48,277 bases of DNA from an uncultured Planctomycetia bacterium (GTDB lineage Bacteria > Omnitrophota > Gorgyraeia > JACOVV01): assembly GCA_964372345.1 (NCBI GenBank), contig CAYJQR010000004.1, positions 1,269-49,545 of the forward strand, given 5' to 3'. This document shows, piece by piece, positions 35,792-44,800 of this stretch (position 1 is its first letter; every line of letters begins with the position of its first letter). The position numbers and the translations under genes were made by a program. Below the pieces are notes generated by a model. It was not told where the DNA came from. It was given only the letters and a program-made list of their open reading frames with translations, and did not search any database.

Positions 35792-36163
35792 TTACTTTTT
35801 CCCTAAATAGAATCGGACAATCTCAACCAACTCGCCGCTTTCAAACGGCTTCGCCAAATAATCCTGCGCGCCGGCTTCTTTCGCCTTTTGCAAGCTTTCA
35901 GGCGATTTTATCGCCGTCAACATAATGATCGGAATATTTTGGGTCTCCGGGATTTTCCGAAGCCGGCGGCAGACTTCGAAACCATCCACCTGCGGCATCA
36001 GAATATCCAAAAGAATCAAGTCGGGCATGGTCTTGACAGCCTTGTCTATTCCATCCAAACCATCATAGGCAAGATTCACGGAATAACCGTTCACCTCAAG
36101 ACGAATCTTCACCGTTTCCCCGATATCCACTTCGTCATCAATGACTAAGAGGCGTTTTCCCAT
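35792..36163 (-). CDS. Single-domain response regulator (receiver)
   Basis: IDDE, LLDILMP, MLTA, AKPF. Confidence 0.95.
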   Translation of the reverse strand: MGKRLLVIDDEVDIGETVKIRLEVNGYSVNLAYDGLDGIDKAVKTMPDLILLDILMPQVDGFEVCRRLRKIPETQNIPIIMLTAIKSPESLQKAKEAGAQDYLAKPFESGELVEIVRFYLGKK

Positions 36164-37460
36164 GTGATCCCTCCACGAAAGGCGGTATTTTTTCCCCTTG
36201 AATTAACTCCGCATAAGTTTCCCGCCGGCGAACGACGGTAAATCGTCTCCCCTTCACCATCACTTCGGTCGGACGGGGACGGCTGTTGTAATTGCTCGCC
36301 ATCGTGAAACCATACGCCCCCGCGCTCATCACCGCCAGTAAATCTCCCTGTTGTAACCTTGGCAGACGCCGATCTTTCCCAAGGAAATCACCGCTCTCGC
36401 AAATGGGACCGACGATATCAACAGGCTGGGAGCTGGGGGCTGGGAGCTGGGAGCGTTTTTTTACCACTGGCAGTATCTCATGGTAGGCATCGTAAAGACT
36501 CGGTCGGATCAAATCTCCCATCCCCGCGTCAACAATGGCAAACCGCCTTGCCGGCGTCTCCTTAATGTATTCAACCTTTGTCAACAGGACTCCGGCATTG
36601 CCCGAGATAAACCGCCCCGGTTCCAGAATAATCCGAAGGTTTCTCTCTTTAAGAATCGGGATGACCGCCTTAGCAAATTGCTGAGGCGTTAATGGGGTCT
36701 CCTTCTGGTAAATAATCCCAAGGCCGCCGCCGATATTGAGCCACTCGACGCGGTGCCCCATTCCGCGCAATCTTTCTATTAAGTCGATCGTCTTGCGCAA
36801 AGCCCGGATAAACGGAGCCGCTTCAGTAATCTGTGAACCGATATGGACATGAATCCCCGCGAACCGAATGAAAGAATATTGTTTCTTCTCATCGAAAAGT
36901 CTCGCCGCTGTTTCAAAATCAAGGCCGAATTTGCTCGTCCCAACTCCCGTTTTAATATAGTGGTGCGTCGAGGACTCCACATTCGGATTGACCCTCAGCG
37001 CGATATTGGGCGTTCTTCTTTCTTGCTCCGCGATCTGGTTGATTCTCTCCAGTTCCGGAACCGACTCAACATTAAAGAACAGTATTTTCCTCCGGAGCGC
37101 CTCCCTGATTTCCGCATCGCTCTTCCCAACACCGGCGAAAACGATCTTTCGCGGATCCGCGCCGATCTTGAATGCCCGATAAAGCTCTCCCCCTGAAACG
37201 ATATCTAGCCCCGCTCCGCGACTGACTAAAACTTTACATACTGCCAGATTGGAATTGGACTTCATGGAAAAGCAGATCAGCGGATTGAGTGGTCTTAGGA
37301 CAGTCTGTAGTTTCTGAAGGTGTTCTACTAATGTCTTGTGGCTATAAACGTAGCAAGGGGTCCCTACCTCTTGCGCAAGCTTGGGAAGCGGAACCTTCTC
37401 ACAAAATAAAATTTCTTTTCGATAGACAAAGTCGTGGAATCCTGAATGCATGTTGGACAT
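36138..37460 (-). CDS. lysA: Diaminopimelate decarboxylase
   Basis: SMKSNSN, DIVSGGE, HIGSQ, EPGR, GPICESGD, MASNYNSR. Confidence 0.97.
   Translation of the reverse strand: MSNMHSGFHDFVYRKEILFCEKVPLPKLAQEVGTPCYVYSHKTLVEHLQKLQTVLRPLNPLICFSMKSNSNLAVCKVLVSRGAGLDIVSGGELYRAFKIGADPRKIVFAGVGKSDAEIREALRRKILFFNVESVPELERINQIAEQERRTPNIALRVNPNVESSTHHYIKTGVGTSKFGLDFETAARLFDEKKQYSFIRFAGIHVHIGSQITEAAPFIRALRKTIDLIERLRGMGHRVEWLNIGGGLGIIYQKETPLTPQQFAKAVIPILKERNLRIILEPGRFISGNAGVLLTKVEYIKETPARRFAIVDAGMGDLIRPSLYDAYHEILPVVKKRSQLPAPSSQPVDIVGPICESGDFLGKDRRLPRLQQGDLLAVMSAGAYGFTMASNYNSRPRPTEVMVKGRRFTVVRRRETYAELIQGEKIPPFVEGSHGKTPLSH
36424..36454. repeat. (gctggga)-type 7-mer array inside lysA
   Basis: ggctgggagctgggggctgggagctgggagc, encoding SQLPAPSSQP. 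Confidence 0.8.
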
Positions 37461-37472
37461 TGTTCGCCTACT

Positions 37473-37739
37473 TTAGGGATTACCCAACACATCGTGCGTC
37501 CCAATCTTCCTTAATAGAATCTCATCTGTCCTATTCTCAAACGTTAACCGGCAATTCATTGTAATACTCATCTCCCAGATGGATTCGGTCCCTTTCATTT
37601 TCTTAACTCTCAAGGAAGGATGGAATGGGTCGTTCACAAGCAAATGTAATTTTTGATAGGTCAACTCTCTGATATCTCTTGGCAGTTTGTTAAAGGTCTT
37701 CTTGAAGGGCATGGTGAAGGTAATTTTCTTACTCTTCAA
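37473..37739 (-). CDS. RelE/ParE-superfamily toxin
   Basis: 88 aa, basic, HPSLRVKKMKG...WE...RLTF...IGTHD. Overlaps the upstream AbrB gene. Confidence 0.75.
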   Translation of the reverse strand: MKSKKITFTMPFKKTFNKLPRDIRELTYQKLHLLVNDPFHPSLRVKKMKGTESIWEMSITMNCRLTFENRTDEILLRKIGTHDVLGNP

Positions 37740-38001
37740 AGTGCTTCCTCATCTGGTCCACATCGTCAAAAGAGATCGTTTCTCCCTTTTCAATTGCTTC
37801 GTCAACTTTCTTTTCTCCTTCCTGCCATTTCTTCGTCCAAAACCAGGCTTGATTCTCGTCCACAACAGCTTTTGGTTTCACAATCACAACCCCTTCTCTA
37901 ACAGCAAAATCCAGCAATGCCCCCATTCGAATGTGAAGCTTTTTACGAATCTCTGCCGGTATCGTGACTTGGAAATTTCGTGTCACCTTTGCTAGAGACA
38001 T
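37729..38001 (-). CDS. AbrB/MazE/SpoVT-family antitoxin
   Basis: KVTRNFQVTIPAEIRKKL and QAWFWTKKWQEGE. Confidence 0.88.
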   Translation of the reverse strand: MSLAKVTRNFQVTIPAEIRKKLHIRMGALLDFAVREGVVIVKPKAVVDENQAWFWTKKWQEGEKKVDEAIEKGETISFDDVDQMRKHFEE

Positions 38002-38031
38002 TTTTATAGCCTCCTTTATTCCTATTATAGG

Positions 38032-38060
38032 AGTTTACTATATTCTCAATCCTTTGTCAA
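38032..38060 (-). promoter_or_regulatory. Promoter of the AbrB-RelE module
   Basis: TTGACA-17 nt-TAAACT. Confidence 0.65.
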
Positions 38061-38070
38061 GTACATACTA

Positions 38071-39474
38071 CTACATCCCTAATCCCTGATGGATTAGATC
38101 GCTTTTGAGCAATCTCTCCCATCTTTGAATCTGTTTCTTCACCTGACTACGTGCGGTTCCACCCACGACGTCTTTTGAATCCACGGAGCGATAAGGATCT
38201 AATAATTCGTAGACATCCTCATCAAACTTGGGGCAGATTTTTTTAAAGTCAGAAATGGGACGATCCGAAAGCCGTTTCCCAAGTTCCAGCGAATCCCTGA
38301 TGAAATGCCCGATCATATCGTGCGCCTCTCTGAATGCAATCCCGTTGCGGACTAAATACTCCACCAGATCGGCCGCGTATAACCCCTCGTCCTTTAATTG
38401 ACGGTCAATTTGAAGCACATGGAAATCGGCCTTGCCAAGCAGTTCGCTCAGGATATCCAGAATGAGTTCCATCCTCTCAATACTGTCGAAAAGAGGCTCC
38501 TTGTCCAATTGCATATCCCGGTTATACGCCAGCGGAATTCCTTTCATGGTGACCAGCACGGAAACTAAATTGCCGTAAATCCTTCCCGTCGTTCCCCGGA
38601 TTAACTCCAGAGGATCTGGATTTTTCTTTTGCGGCATGAGACTAGAGCCAGTGCAGAAAGCGTCATCGAGCTCCAGGAATCCGAATTCAGGACTGCTCCA
38701 GGCGATGAACTCTTCGCACATCCTCGATAAATGAAGCGACAGTATCGAAAGACTGGAGAGGAGTTCAACGCAATAGTCGCGGTCGCTCACAGCGTCGAGA
38801 CTGTTTTGTGAAATCCTCGAGAAGCCGAGCAATTGAGCAACGTAGAATCGATCTATCGGAAGCGAGCTTCCCGCCAACGCCCCTGATCCCAGCGGGAGTT
38901 CATCCATCCGCCTCAAGGCGTCTTGAATTCTCTCTTTGTCCCGCTCCAGCATGTGACAGTAAGCCAGCAAATGATGGCTTAAAACCACCGGCTGGGCGTG
39001 CTGGCTGTGAGTGTAGCCGGGGATCACATGCTCGACATGGTTCTCCGCCAGATCCACAAGAACCCGCTGGAGCTTTCTTAACTTCGTTTGAATTCTTCCT
39101 CCCTCTTCACGACAGTAGAGCCGTGTGTCCAAAGTCACCTGGTCATTTCGGCTCCTGGCGGTGTGCAGTTTATGCCCGACCGTTCCCACTCTTTTATCCA
39201 GAGCGTCCTGGATGAGGGAATGGATATCCTCATACTTGCCCGACAGGGAGAGTTTTCCTTTTTTCAGATCCCTCAAGAGCGACTCTAACCCGCGGACAAT
39301 CCTCGCTGAATCCTTTGGAGGAATAATTTTCGTCTTCCCAAGCATCTTCGCGTGCGCGATGCTCCCAAGGAGGTCGTACCGAGCCAGTTTCTTGTCATAA
39401 GAAAGACTCTCCGACAACTTGAACAGCAACGGATGCATCTCTTTTTTAAATCTCCCACCCCATAGTTTCTTCAT
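38071..39474 (-). CDS. argH: Argininosuccinate lyase (start revised to MKKLWGGRF)
   Basis: LWGGRF, HTARSRNDQ, GSSLMPQKKNPD, YNRDMQ. Confidence 0.97.
   Translation of the reverse strand: MKKLWGGRFKKEMHPLLFKLSESLSYDKKLARYDLLGSIAHAKMLGKTKIIPPKDSARIVRGLESLLRDLKKGKLSLSGKYEDIHSLIQDALDKRVGTVGHKLHTARSRNDQVTLDTRLYCREEGGRIQTKLRKLQRVLVDLAENHVEHVIPGYTHSQHAQPVVLSHHLLAYCHMLERDKERIQDALRRMDELPLGSGALAGSSLPIDRFYVAQLLGFSRISQNSLDAVSDRDYCVELLSSLSILSLHLSRMCEEFIAWSSPEFGFLELDDAFCTGSSLMPQKKNPDPLELIRGTTGRIYGNLVSVLVTMKGIPLAYNRDMQLDKEPLFDSIERMELILDILSELLGKADFHVLQIDRQLKDEGLYAADLVEYLVRNGIAFREAHDMIGHFIRDSLELGKRLSDRPISDFKKICPKFDEDVYELLDPYRSVDSKDVVGGTARSQVKKQIQRWERLLKSDLIHQGLGM
38075..38104. repeat. 30-bp direct repeat shared with the AbrB gene at 40111-40140
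   Basis: atccctaatccctgatggatt[a/g]gatcgctt, 29/30 identical. Confidence 0.9.
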
Positions 39475-39491
39475 TGAAAAATCTCCCTCTT

Positions 39492-39550
39492 CAGCGTACA
39501 GGGGACAGGGGACAGTAAAATTTTTCCTGTACCCTGAACGCTGTCCCCTA
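39492..39550. repeat. Inverted 7-mer hairpin upstream of argH
   Basis: cagcgta cagggga cagggga ... ctgtacc ctgaacg ctgtccc. Confidence 0.8.
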
Positions 39551-39616
39551 GCTTTTATATGGCATTGCTCAAACTTTGATAAACCTCTCCGTAATCCGGC
39601 GATGAAACTGTCCATC
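39548..39616 (-). pseudogene. Degenerate duplicate of the argG 3' end
   Basis: Translates to DGQFHRRITERFIKV*AMPYKS*, compared with ArgG GDQFDRRIAEGFIKVWGMPYKNGN*. Confidence 0.85.
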
Positions 39617-39642
39617 TCTAGAGATTTGAAGCTGAGTTGAAC

Positions 39643-40047
39643 CTACAGCCAAAAAACTTGAATTTCCTGATGAAGTTTTTGAAATTCTTTATCTCCCGTG
39701 AGGACTTTGCATCCTTCTCGTTTAGCAAGGGCGGCTGCGAAACAATCACCATATGCAATCGCATAGCGTGCCTTGAATCGAGAGGCTTGATAAATTAACT
39801 CGCGGTCTACTCCCACTAACTCAATAGGTAGTTGCTCCATGACCAATAGACACTCCTCAGCATGCGATTCGCCTTTGGATCGAGAAATAGCATAATAGAC
39901 CTCCCCCCAATTGATTAAGTTCATGAGGGGATAGATTTCTTTTCGACTCGCCTTTTCTAAAAACTGAACCACCTTGCCGGCACATTTTTCCTGTTCGAAA
40001 TATCCAACGATAGCGTAACTATCCAAAACAATCTTTTGTGGATTCAT
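39643..40047 (-). CDS. vapC: PIN-domain VapC toxin
   Basis: VLDSYA, NWGEVYY, YGDCFAAALA, LTGDKEF. Confidence 0.92.
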   Translation of the reverse strand: MNPQKIVLDSYAIVGYFEQEKCAGKVVQFLEKASRKEIYPLMNLINWGEVYYAISRSKGESHAEECLLVMEQLPIELVGVDRELIYQASRFKARYAIAYGDCFAAALAKREGCKVLTGDKEFQKLHQEIQVFWL

Positions 40048-40274
40048 CGTTTGGACTCAAGAATACGATCCCGTAGAAGTTCCTTGAGCGCGGACCGTCC
40101 CCCCTTGACTATCCCTAATCCCTGATGGATTGGATCGCTTAGCAGGGGTTTGAAAATAATTTCCCCCTCTCGGTCTAAAACGGCTAAACGAGTCCCCTTT
40201 TGGATATGATACTTCCTTCTTAAATCGGCTGGAATGACTACCTGTCCCTTAATTGTAGCCTGTGCGATCATCAT
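40044..40274 (-). CDS. AbrB/MazE/SpoVT-family antitoxin (VapB)
   Basis: KGQVVIPADLRRKYHIQKG. 4-nt overlap with vapC. Confidence 0.9.
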   Translation of the reverse strand: MMIAQATIKGQVVIPADLRRKYHIQKGTRLAVLDREGEIIFKPLLSDPIHQGLGIVKGGRSALKELLRDRILESKR

Positions 40275-40438
40275 TGTTATACTCCTATATTAGATGTATT
40301 ACTTTCTATTAAAAGTATAACATCCTTTACTTAAAAAAGCAAATACCATTAACAGTTCCCTTTTTGAAGAATTTTTCATTAAAAATAAGAACCGTCCCCA
40401 TTGTTCTTCACCAGAAAATGAAATGCTTTTACTCCACG

Positions 40439-41623
40439 CTAGTTTCCATTCTTATACGGCATTCCCCACACCTTAATGAACCCTTCCGCAATCCTACGAT
40501 CGAACTGATCCCCTTTTTCGTAAGTCGCCAAGGATCTGTGGTAGCGAGAGTAATGAGAACTTCTCCCCACGCAAATTGAAAAACCTGGATACAACCGCAT
40601 TCTAACCACTCCGGAAACCCGGCGCTGCGTTTTCTGGACAAATCCATCCAGCGCTTCTTTAAGCGGCGTGAACCATTGACCGTTATACACCAACTGCGCA
40701 TATTTGGGCGCTAGGGATTCCTTAAATTGGAATAATTCCCGGTCCAGTGTGAGCGCTTCCAATTCTCGATGCGCCTGCAGTAGAATCGTTGCCGCCGGCG
40801 CTTCATAAATTTCCCGCGACTTAATTCCGACCAGCCGGTTCTCGACTGAGTCAATCCTCCCAATCCCATAACGCGCTCCCAATTGGTTCAGTTTTTCTAT
40901 CAAGGAAAGTGAGTCCATTCTCTTTCCGTTTAATCCATACGGAATTCCCCGTTGGAACGCGATTTCCACTTCTACGCTCTTGCGGGGAGCCTTCAGCGGA
41001 TCTTGAGTCCATTGATACGCCTCTTCTGGAGGAGCCACGTCAGGATCCTCCAGGACACCGCACTCAATACTCACCCCCCATAAATTTTCATCAATACTAT
41101 AGGGGCTCTTTTTCTTCACAGGGATCGGGATCCCATTGGCTTGGGCATATTCAATTTCTTGTTCTCGAGTCGTCAGTTCCCACTCCCGCAGAGGGGCGAT
41201 GATCTCTAAATTCGGTGCCAGAGTCATCACTGCCATATCAAACCGTACCTGATCGTTTCCCTTTCCGGTACAACCATGGGCAATGGTGGCCGCTTTCTCT
41301 TTTCTCGCGATCCCGATCAGTTTCTTAGCGATTAACGGGCGGCTTAACGCCGTCGCTAAAAGATATTTCCCTTCATAGACCGCGTGGGCTTGAAGAGCCG
41401 GCCGGATGTATTGCTCGACAAATTCCCTTTTGGCGTCAAGGCAGTAAGTTTTAACCGCGCCGATTTTAGCGGCTTTAGCCGCTAACGGCTTTAGCTGTTT
41501 TCCCTGGCCGACGTCCACAAGAACCGCCACAACATCAAAGCCCTTCTTCTCTTTGAGCCAGTGGATCGCCACCGAGGTATCGAGCCCGCCGGAATACGCC
41601 AGGATTACTTTCTGATGTGCCAT
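40439..41623 (-). CDS. argG: Argininosuccinate synthase
   Basis: LAYSGGLDTS, HGCTGKGNDQVRF, KSREIYEAP. Confidence 0.98.
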   Translation of the reverse strand: MAHQKVILAYSGGLDTSVAIHWLKEKKGFDVVAVLVDVGQGKQLKPLAAKAAKIGAVKTYCLDAKREFVEQYIRPALQAHAVYEGKYLLATALSRPLIAKKLIGIARKEKAATIAHGCTGKGNDQVRFDMAVMTLAPNLEIIAPLREWELTTREQEIEYAQANGIPIPVKKKSPYSIDENLWGVSIECGVLEDPDVAPPEEAYQWTQDPLKAPRKSVEVEIAFQRGIPYGLNGKRMDSLSLIEKLNQLGARYGIGRIDSVENRLVGIKSREIYEAPAATILLQAHRELEALTLDRELFQFKESLAPKYAQLVYNGQWFTPLKEALDGFVQKTQRRVSGVVRMRLYPGFSICVGRSSHYSRYHRSLATYEKGDQFDRRIAEGFIKVWGMPYKNGN

Positions 41624-41642
41624 AGAAATTATCCATCCTTTT

Positions 41643-41712
41643 CAGGGTACAGGGACAGCGTCCAGAAAAACTTTCACTGTACCCTGAACGCTGTACGCTG
41701 TACGCTGTTCCT
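41643..41712. repeat. Inverted 7-mer hairpin at the argF-argG junction
   Basis: cagggta cagggacagcgtc ... ctgtacc ctgaacg ctgtacg ctgtacg ctgttcc. Confidence 0.8.
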
Positions 41713-42612
41713 AAGCCACAAATACAAAATCGCCTTGTGCAGATGCAGCTTGTTTTCCGTTTGATCAAAAATAATCGAATGCCCTCCGTCAAAAACCTCG
41801 TCGGCAATCTCCTCTCCCCGGTGAGCCGGCAGACAATGCATCACTACGTGTTTGGGTTTTGCCAAAGCGGTCAACCGGGGATTCACTTGAAACTCTCTGA
41901 ATATCTCCGCTCTTTCCTTCGCCTCTTTCTCCTGCCCCATGCTCGTCCAGACGTCGGTATAAACGACGTCCGCTCCTTCAACCGCTTTCCTGGGATCATC
42001 ACCCGCGCTGATCTTCGATGTGCGAGACAGCGCCCAGCTCAAAACCTCTTTGTCCGCCTCATACCCTTTGGGAGTCGCGATCTTTAAAGAGACTCCCGTC
42101 AGGGCGCAAATCTGAATTAAAGAATGCAGAACGTTGTTTCCGTCCCCGACATAGGAAACCACCAAAGAGTCGAGGGATGAAAACCGTTCTTTCATCGTGA
42201 ACAAATCGCTCAACGCCTGACAGGGATGATAAGAATTACTCAGCCCATTGATCACGGGGATGGAAGAATGCTTTGCCAGATTCTCCACATCCTGCTGGGC
42301 GTAGGTCCTGGCCACGATTCCGTCGAGATACCTCGACAAAGTCCTTGCCAAATCCCGGATATCTTCCCGGATTCCCAAGCGGATATCTTCCGCCCCCAGA
42401 TAAATCGCGTTTCCTCCCAGCTGAAACATGCCGACCTCAAAGGAAAGACGCGTTCTCGTGGACGGTTTCTGAAACACAAGGCCGATGGTTTTGTCAGAGA
42501 GAACTTGCCGGTACTGCTTCGGTTCTTTCTTGAGCTTGGCCGTTAAATCAAAAATCGCCTCGATCTCCGGACGGTCCAAACTATCTAAGTTAAGCAGATC
42601 TTTTGTCTTCAT
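41674..42612 (-). CDS. argF: Ornithine carbamoyltransferase (start revised to MKTKDLL)
   Basis: STRTRLSF, HPCQ, DVWTSMG, HCLPAHRG. Confidence 0.97.
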   Translation of the reverse strand: MKTKDLLNLDSLDRPEIEAIFDLTAKLKKEPKQYRQVLSDKTIGLVFQKPSTRTRLSFEVGMFQLGGNAIYLGAEDIRLGIREDIRDLARTLSRYLDGIVARTYAQQDVENLAKHSSIPVINGLSNSYHPCQALSDLFTMKERFSSLDSLVVSYVGDGNNVLHSLIQICALTGVSLKIATPKGYEADKEVLSWALSRTSKISAGDDPRKAVEGADVVYTDVWTSMGQEKEAKERAEIFREFQVNPRLTALAKPKHVVMHCLPAHRGEEIADEVFDGGHSIIFDQTENKLHLHKAILYLWLRNSVQRTAFRVQ

Positions 42613-43790
42613 GTGACCGCCAGCGCTCCTTCCAGGATTTCCAACCCCTGATCCAGCTCGGCCGGAGTAACCGTCAAAGCGGGCATAATCCTCAGCACTT
42701 TTTCCTGCGCACAGTTGATCAACAGCTTTCTCTTTAAGCATTCGGCGACAATCTCTTTCCCGGACTGGACCAATTCCACTCCGACCATCAATCCTTTCCC
42801 CCTGATTTCATGAATGACCAAATATTTCCTGGCCATCCGCTCTAAACGTTTCCTCAAGTCATTGCCCATTCTCGCCGCCCGCTGGGTCAATTTCCCTTTT
42901 TGAATCACGTCAAAAACAGCCAGCCCTGCCCGCGTGACCAGCGGCCCCCCTCCAAAAGTGGTCGCGTGGGTTCCAGGAACCAGAACGTTGTTCAATTTTT
43001 GATCCACCACCATGGCTCCGATCGGAACTCCGCCTCCCAGCGATTTCGCCAGCGTCATCACATCGGGTTTGATACCGTAATGTTGATAACAAAACATCTT
43101 CCCCGTCCGGCCCATACCGGTTTGCACTTCGTCTAAAATCAACAATAACCGGCGCTGATCGCATAATTTTCTTAACCCCCGCAAAAACTCTTTTGTCGCG
43201 ACATGAATTCCGCCCTCTCCCTGAATCGGTTCCACTAAAACCGCGATGGTCTTACCGGTGACAGCCCGCTCGACCCCTCCTAAATCGTTAAAAGGAACAT
43301 GGAGAAATCCCTCTACCAGCGGAGTAAATCCCTCATGGTATTTTGCCTGACCCGTCGCGCTGACCGCCGCTAATGTCCTTCCATGAAAGGAATTCTTCAT
43401 GGCGATGATCTCGTACCGGCCTTCGTTATTTCCCCATTTTCTTGCCAGCTTAATCGAAGCCTCGATGGCTTCGGCGCCGCTGTTACTGAAGAAAACAAGT
43501 CCGCCAAAGGAACTCTTAGAAATTTTCTCCGCCAGAGCCGCCTGCCAGGGATGATCGTAATTATTGGAAACATGCAGCAGTTTTCCCGACTGATCACGGA
43601 TCGCGCTCACTACTTTTGGATGACAGTGTCCCAAACCATTGACTCCCCAGCCGGGAAAGAAGTCGAGATATTTGTTCCCGTCCGCGTCCCAAAGCCAGGA
43701 ACCCGATCCCCGGACAAACGCGACGCCGGCCTTCGAGTAATTTGGCAGAACATACTCTTCGTATTTCTGGCGAATTTGTTTACTTGTCAC
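42609..43790 (-). CDS. argD: Acetylornithine aminotransferase
   Basis: NSGAEAIE, SFHGRT, DEVQTGMGRTG, LAKSLGGG. Located in the arg operon. Confidence 0.93.
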   Translation of the reverse strand: MTSKQIRQKYEEYVLPNYSKAGVAFVRGSGSWLWDADGNKYLDFFPGWGVNGLGHCHPKVVSAIRDQSGKLLHVSNNYDHPWQAALAEKISKSSFGGLVFFSNSGAEAIEASIKLARKWGNNEGRYEIIAMKNSFHGRTLAAVSATGQAKYHEGFTPLVEGFLHVPFNDLGGVERAVTGKTIAVLVEPIQGEGGIHVATKEFLRGLRKLCDQRRLLLILDEVQTGMGRTGKMFCYQHYGIKPDVMTLAKSLGGGVPIGAMVVDQKLNNVLVPGTHATTFGGGPLVTRAGLAVFDVIQKGKLTQRAARMGNDLRKRLERMARKYLVIHEIRGKGLMVGVELVQSGKEIVAECLKRKLLINCAQEKVLRIMPALTVTPAELDQGLEILEGALAVT

Positions 43791-43798
43791 GATGAACC

Positions 43799-43872
43799 TT
43801 CAGGATTCAGGGTTCAGGATTCAGGATTTTTCTGTACCCTGACCTCTGTACCCTGTACCCTGAACCCTGTCC
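43799..43872. repeat. Inverted 7-mer hairpin at the argB-argD junction
   Basis: ttcagga ttcaggg ttcagga ttcagga ... ctgtacc ctgacct ctgtacc ctgtacc ctgaacc. Confidence 0.85.
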
Positions 43873-44723
43873 TTTACGATTTCCGTCCCGATTCCCTTGT
43901 CGGTAAAAATCTCCAGCAGCAGCGCGTGCGGGACATTGACACTGATGATGTGCGTTTTTCTGACCCCTTTATCCAGCGCTTCCAAACACGCGTTGACTTT
44001 CGGGATCATCCCTCCGCTGACGACTCCCGATTGAATCAATTGTTTTACTTGATCCGTCTCCAGCGTCGGGATTAAACTGCCGGTATTTTTCTCATCTTTT
44101 AGAATCCCCGCCACCGAAGTCATCAAAACCAGTTTATGGCACTCCAGCCGCGCGGCGACCCAGCTTGAGACTTGATCTCCGTTAACATTGTAAAGATGGT
44201 TATCGCTCCCGATTCCGATGGGGGAAATCACCGGGATCCGCCCCGCCTCCAGAACCTTTAGAATGGGAGCGGGGCGAACCAGCGTGATCTCACCGACGTA
44301 ACCGACGTCTTCGCTCAACAGCATCTTCCTTACCCGCACTACATCCGCTTTTCTGCCATGCAGTCCCTCCGCTCTCCCTCCTAACTGTTCAATCTGATTG
44401 ACCAGCCATCGGTTGACTTCCGCGAGACTGGAGTCAACAATATGAATCGTCTCTTCATCCGTGACCCGGATTCCATCCACAAAATGAGGAGTCTTCCCCC
44501 GTTCCTTCATTCTGGCGCTGATCAGAGGGCCTCCGCCGTGGACAATGACCGGCTTCATCCCGACATAACTCATGAAAACAATATCTTCAATGACCCCTTG
44601 GGTCAGTTTTTCATCCCCCATCGCGCTCCCGCCGAATTTGATCACGCTGATCTTCCCGCGGAATTCTTTGATATAGGGAAGAGCCTCGATTAATACATCA
44701 GCCTTGCGAATGAATTCGTCCAT
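43821..44723 (-). CDS. argB: Acetylglutamate kinase
   Basis: VIKFGGS, VHGGGP, NVNGD, GGMIPK. Confidence 0.97.
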   Translation of the reverse strand: MDEFIRKADVLIEALPYIKEFRGKISVIKFGGSAMGDEKLTQGVIEDIVFMSYVGMKPVIVHGGGPLISARMKERGKTPHFVDGIRVTDEETIHIVDSSLAEVNRWLVNQIEQLGGRAEGLHGRKADVVRVRKMLLSEDVGYVGEITLVRPAPILKVLEAGRIPVISPIGIGSDNHLYNVNGDQVSSWVAARLECHKLVLMTSVAGILKDEKNTGSLIPTLETDQVKQLIQSGVVSGGMIPKVNACLEALDKGVRKTHIISVNVPHALLLEIFTDKGIGTEIVKDRVQGTGYRGQGTEKS

Positions 44724-44726
44724 TTT

Positions 44727-44800
44727 TCAGCGTACAGGGTTCAGCGTACAGGGTACAGTTCCCTTTCTCTGAACCCTGCCCCCTGTACCCTGAACCCTGA
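44727..44800. repeat. Inverted 7-mer hairpin filling the argJ-argB intergenic region
   Basis: cagcgta cagggtt cagcgta cagggta ... ctgaacc ctgcccc ctgtacc ctgaacc ctga. Confidence 0.85.

Noticed and set aside
39475..39615. 47-aa N-terminal extension of ArgH
   Set aside because: It is composed of the argG remnant and the heptamer hairpin. The conserved start MKKLWGGRF has its own SD (GAGGGAG).
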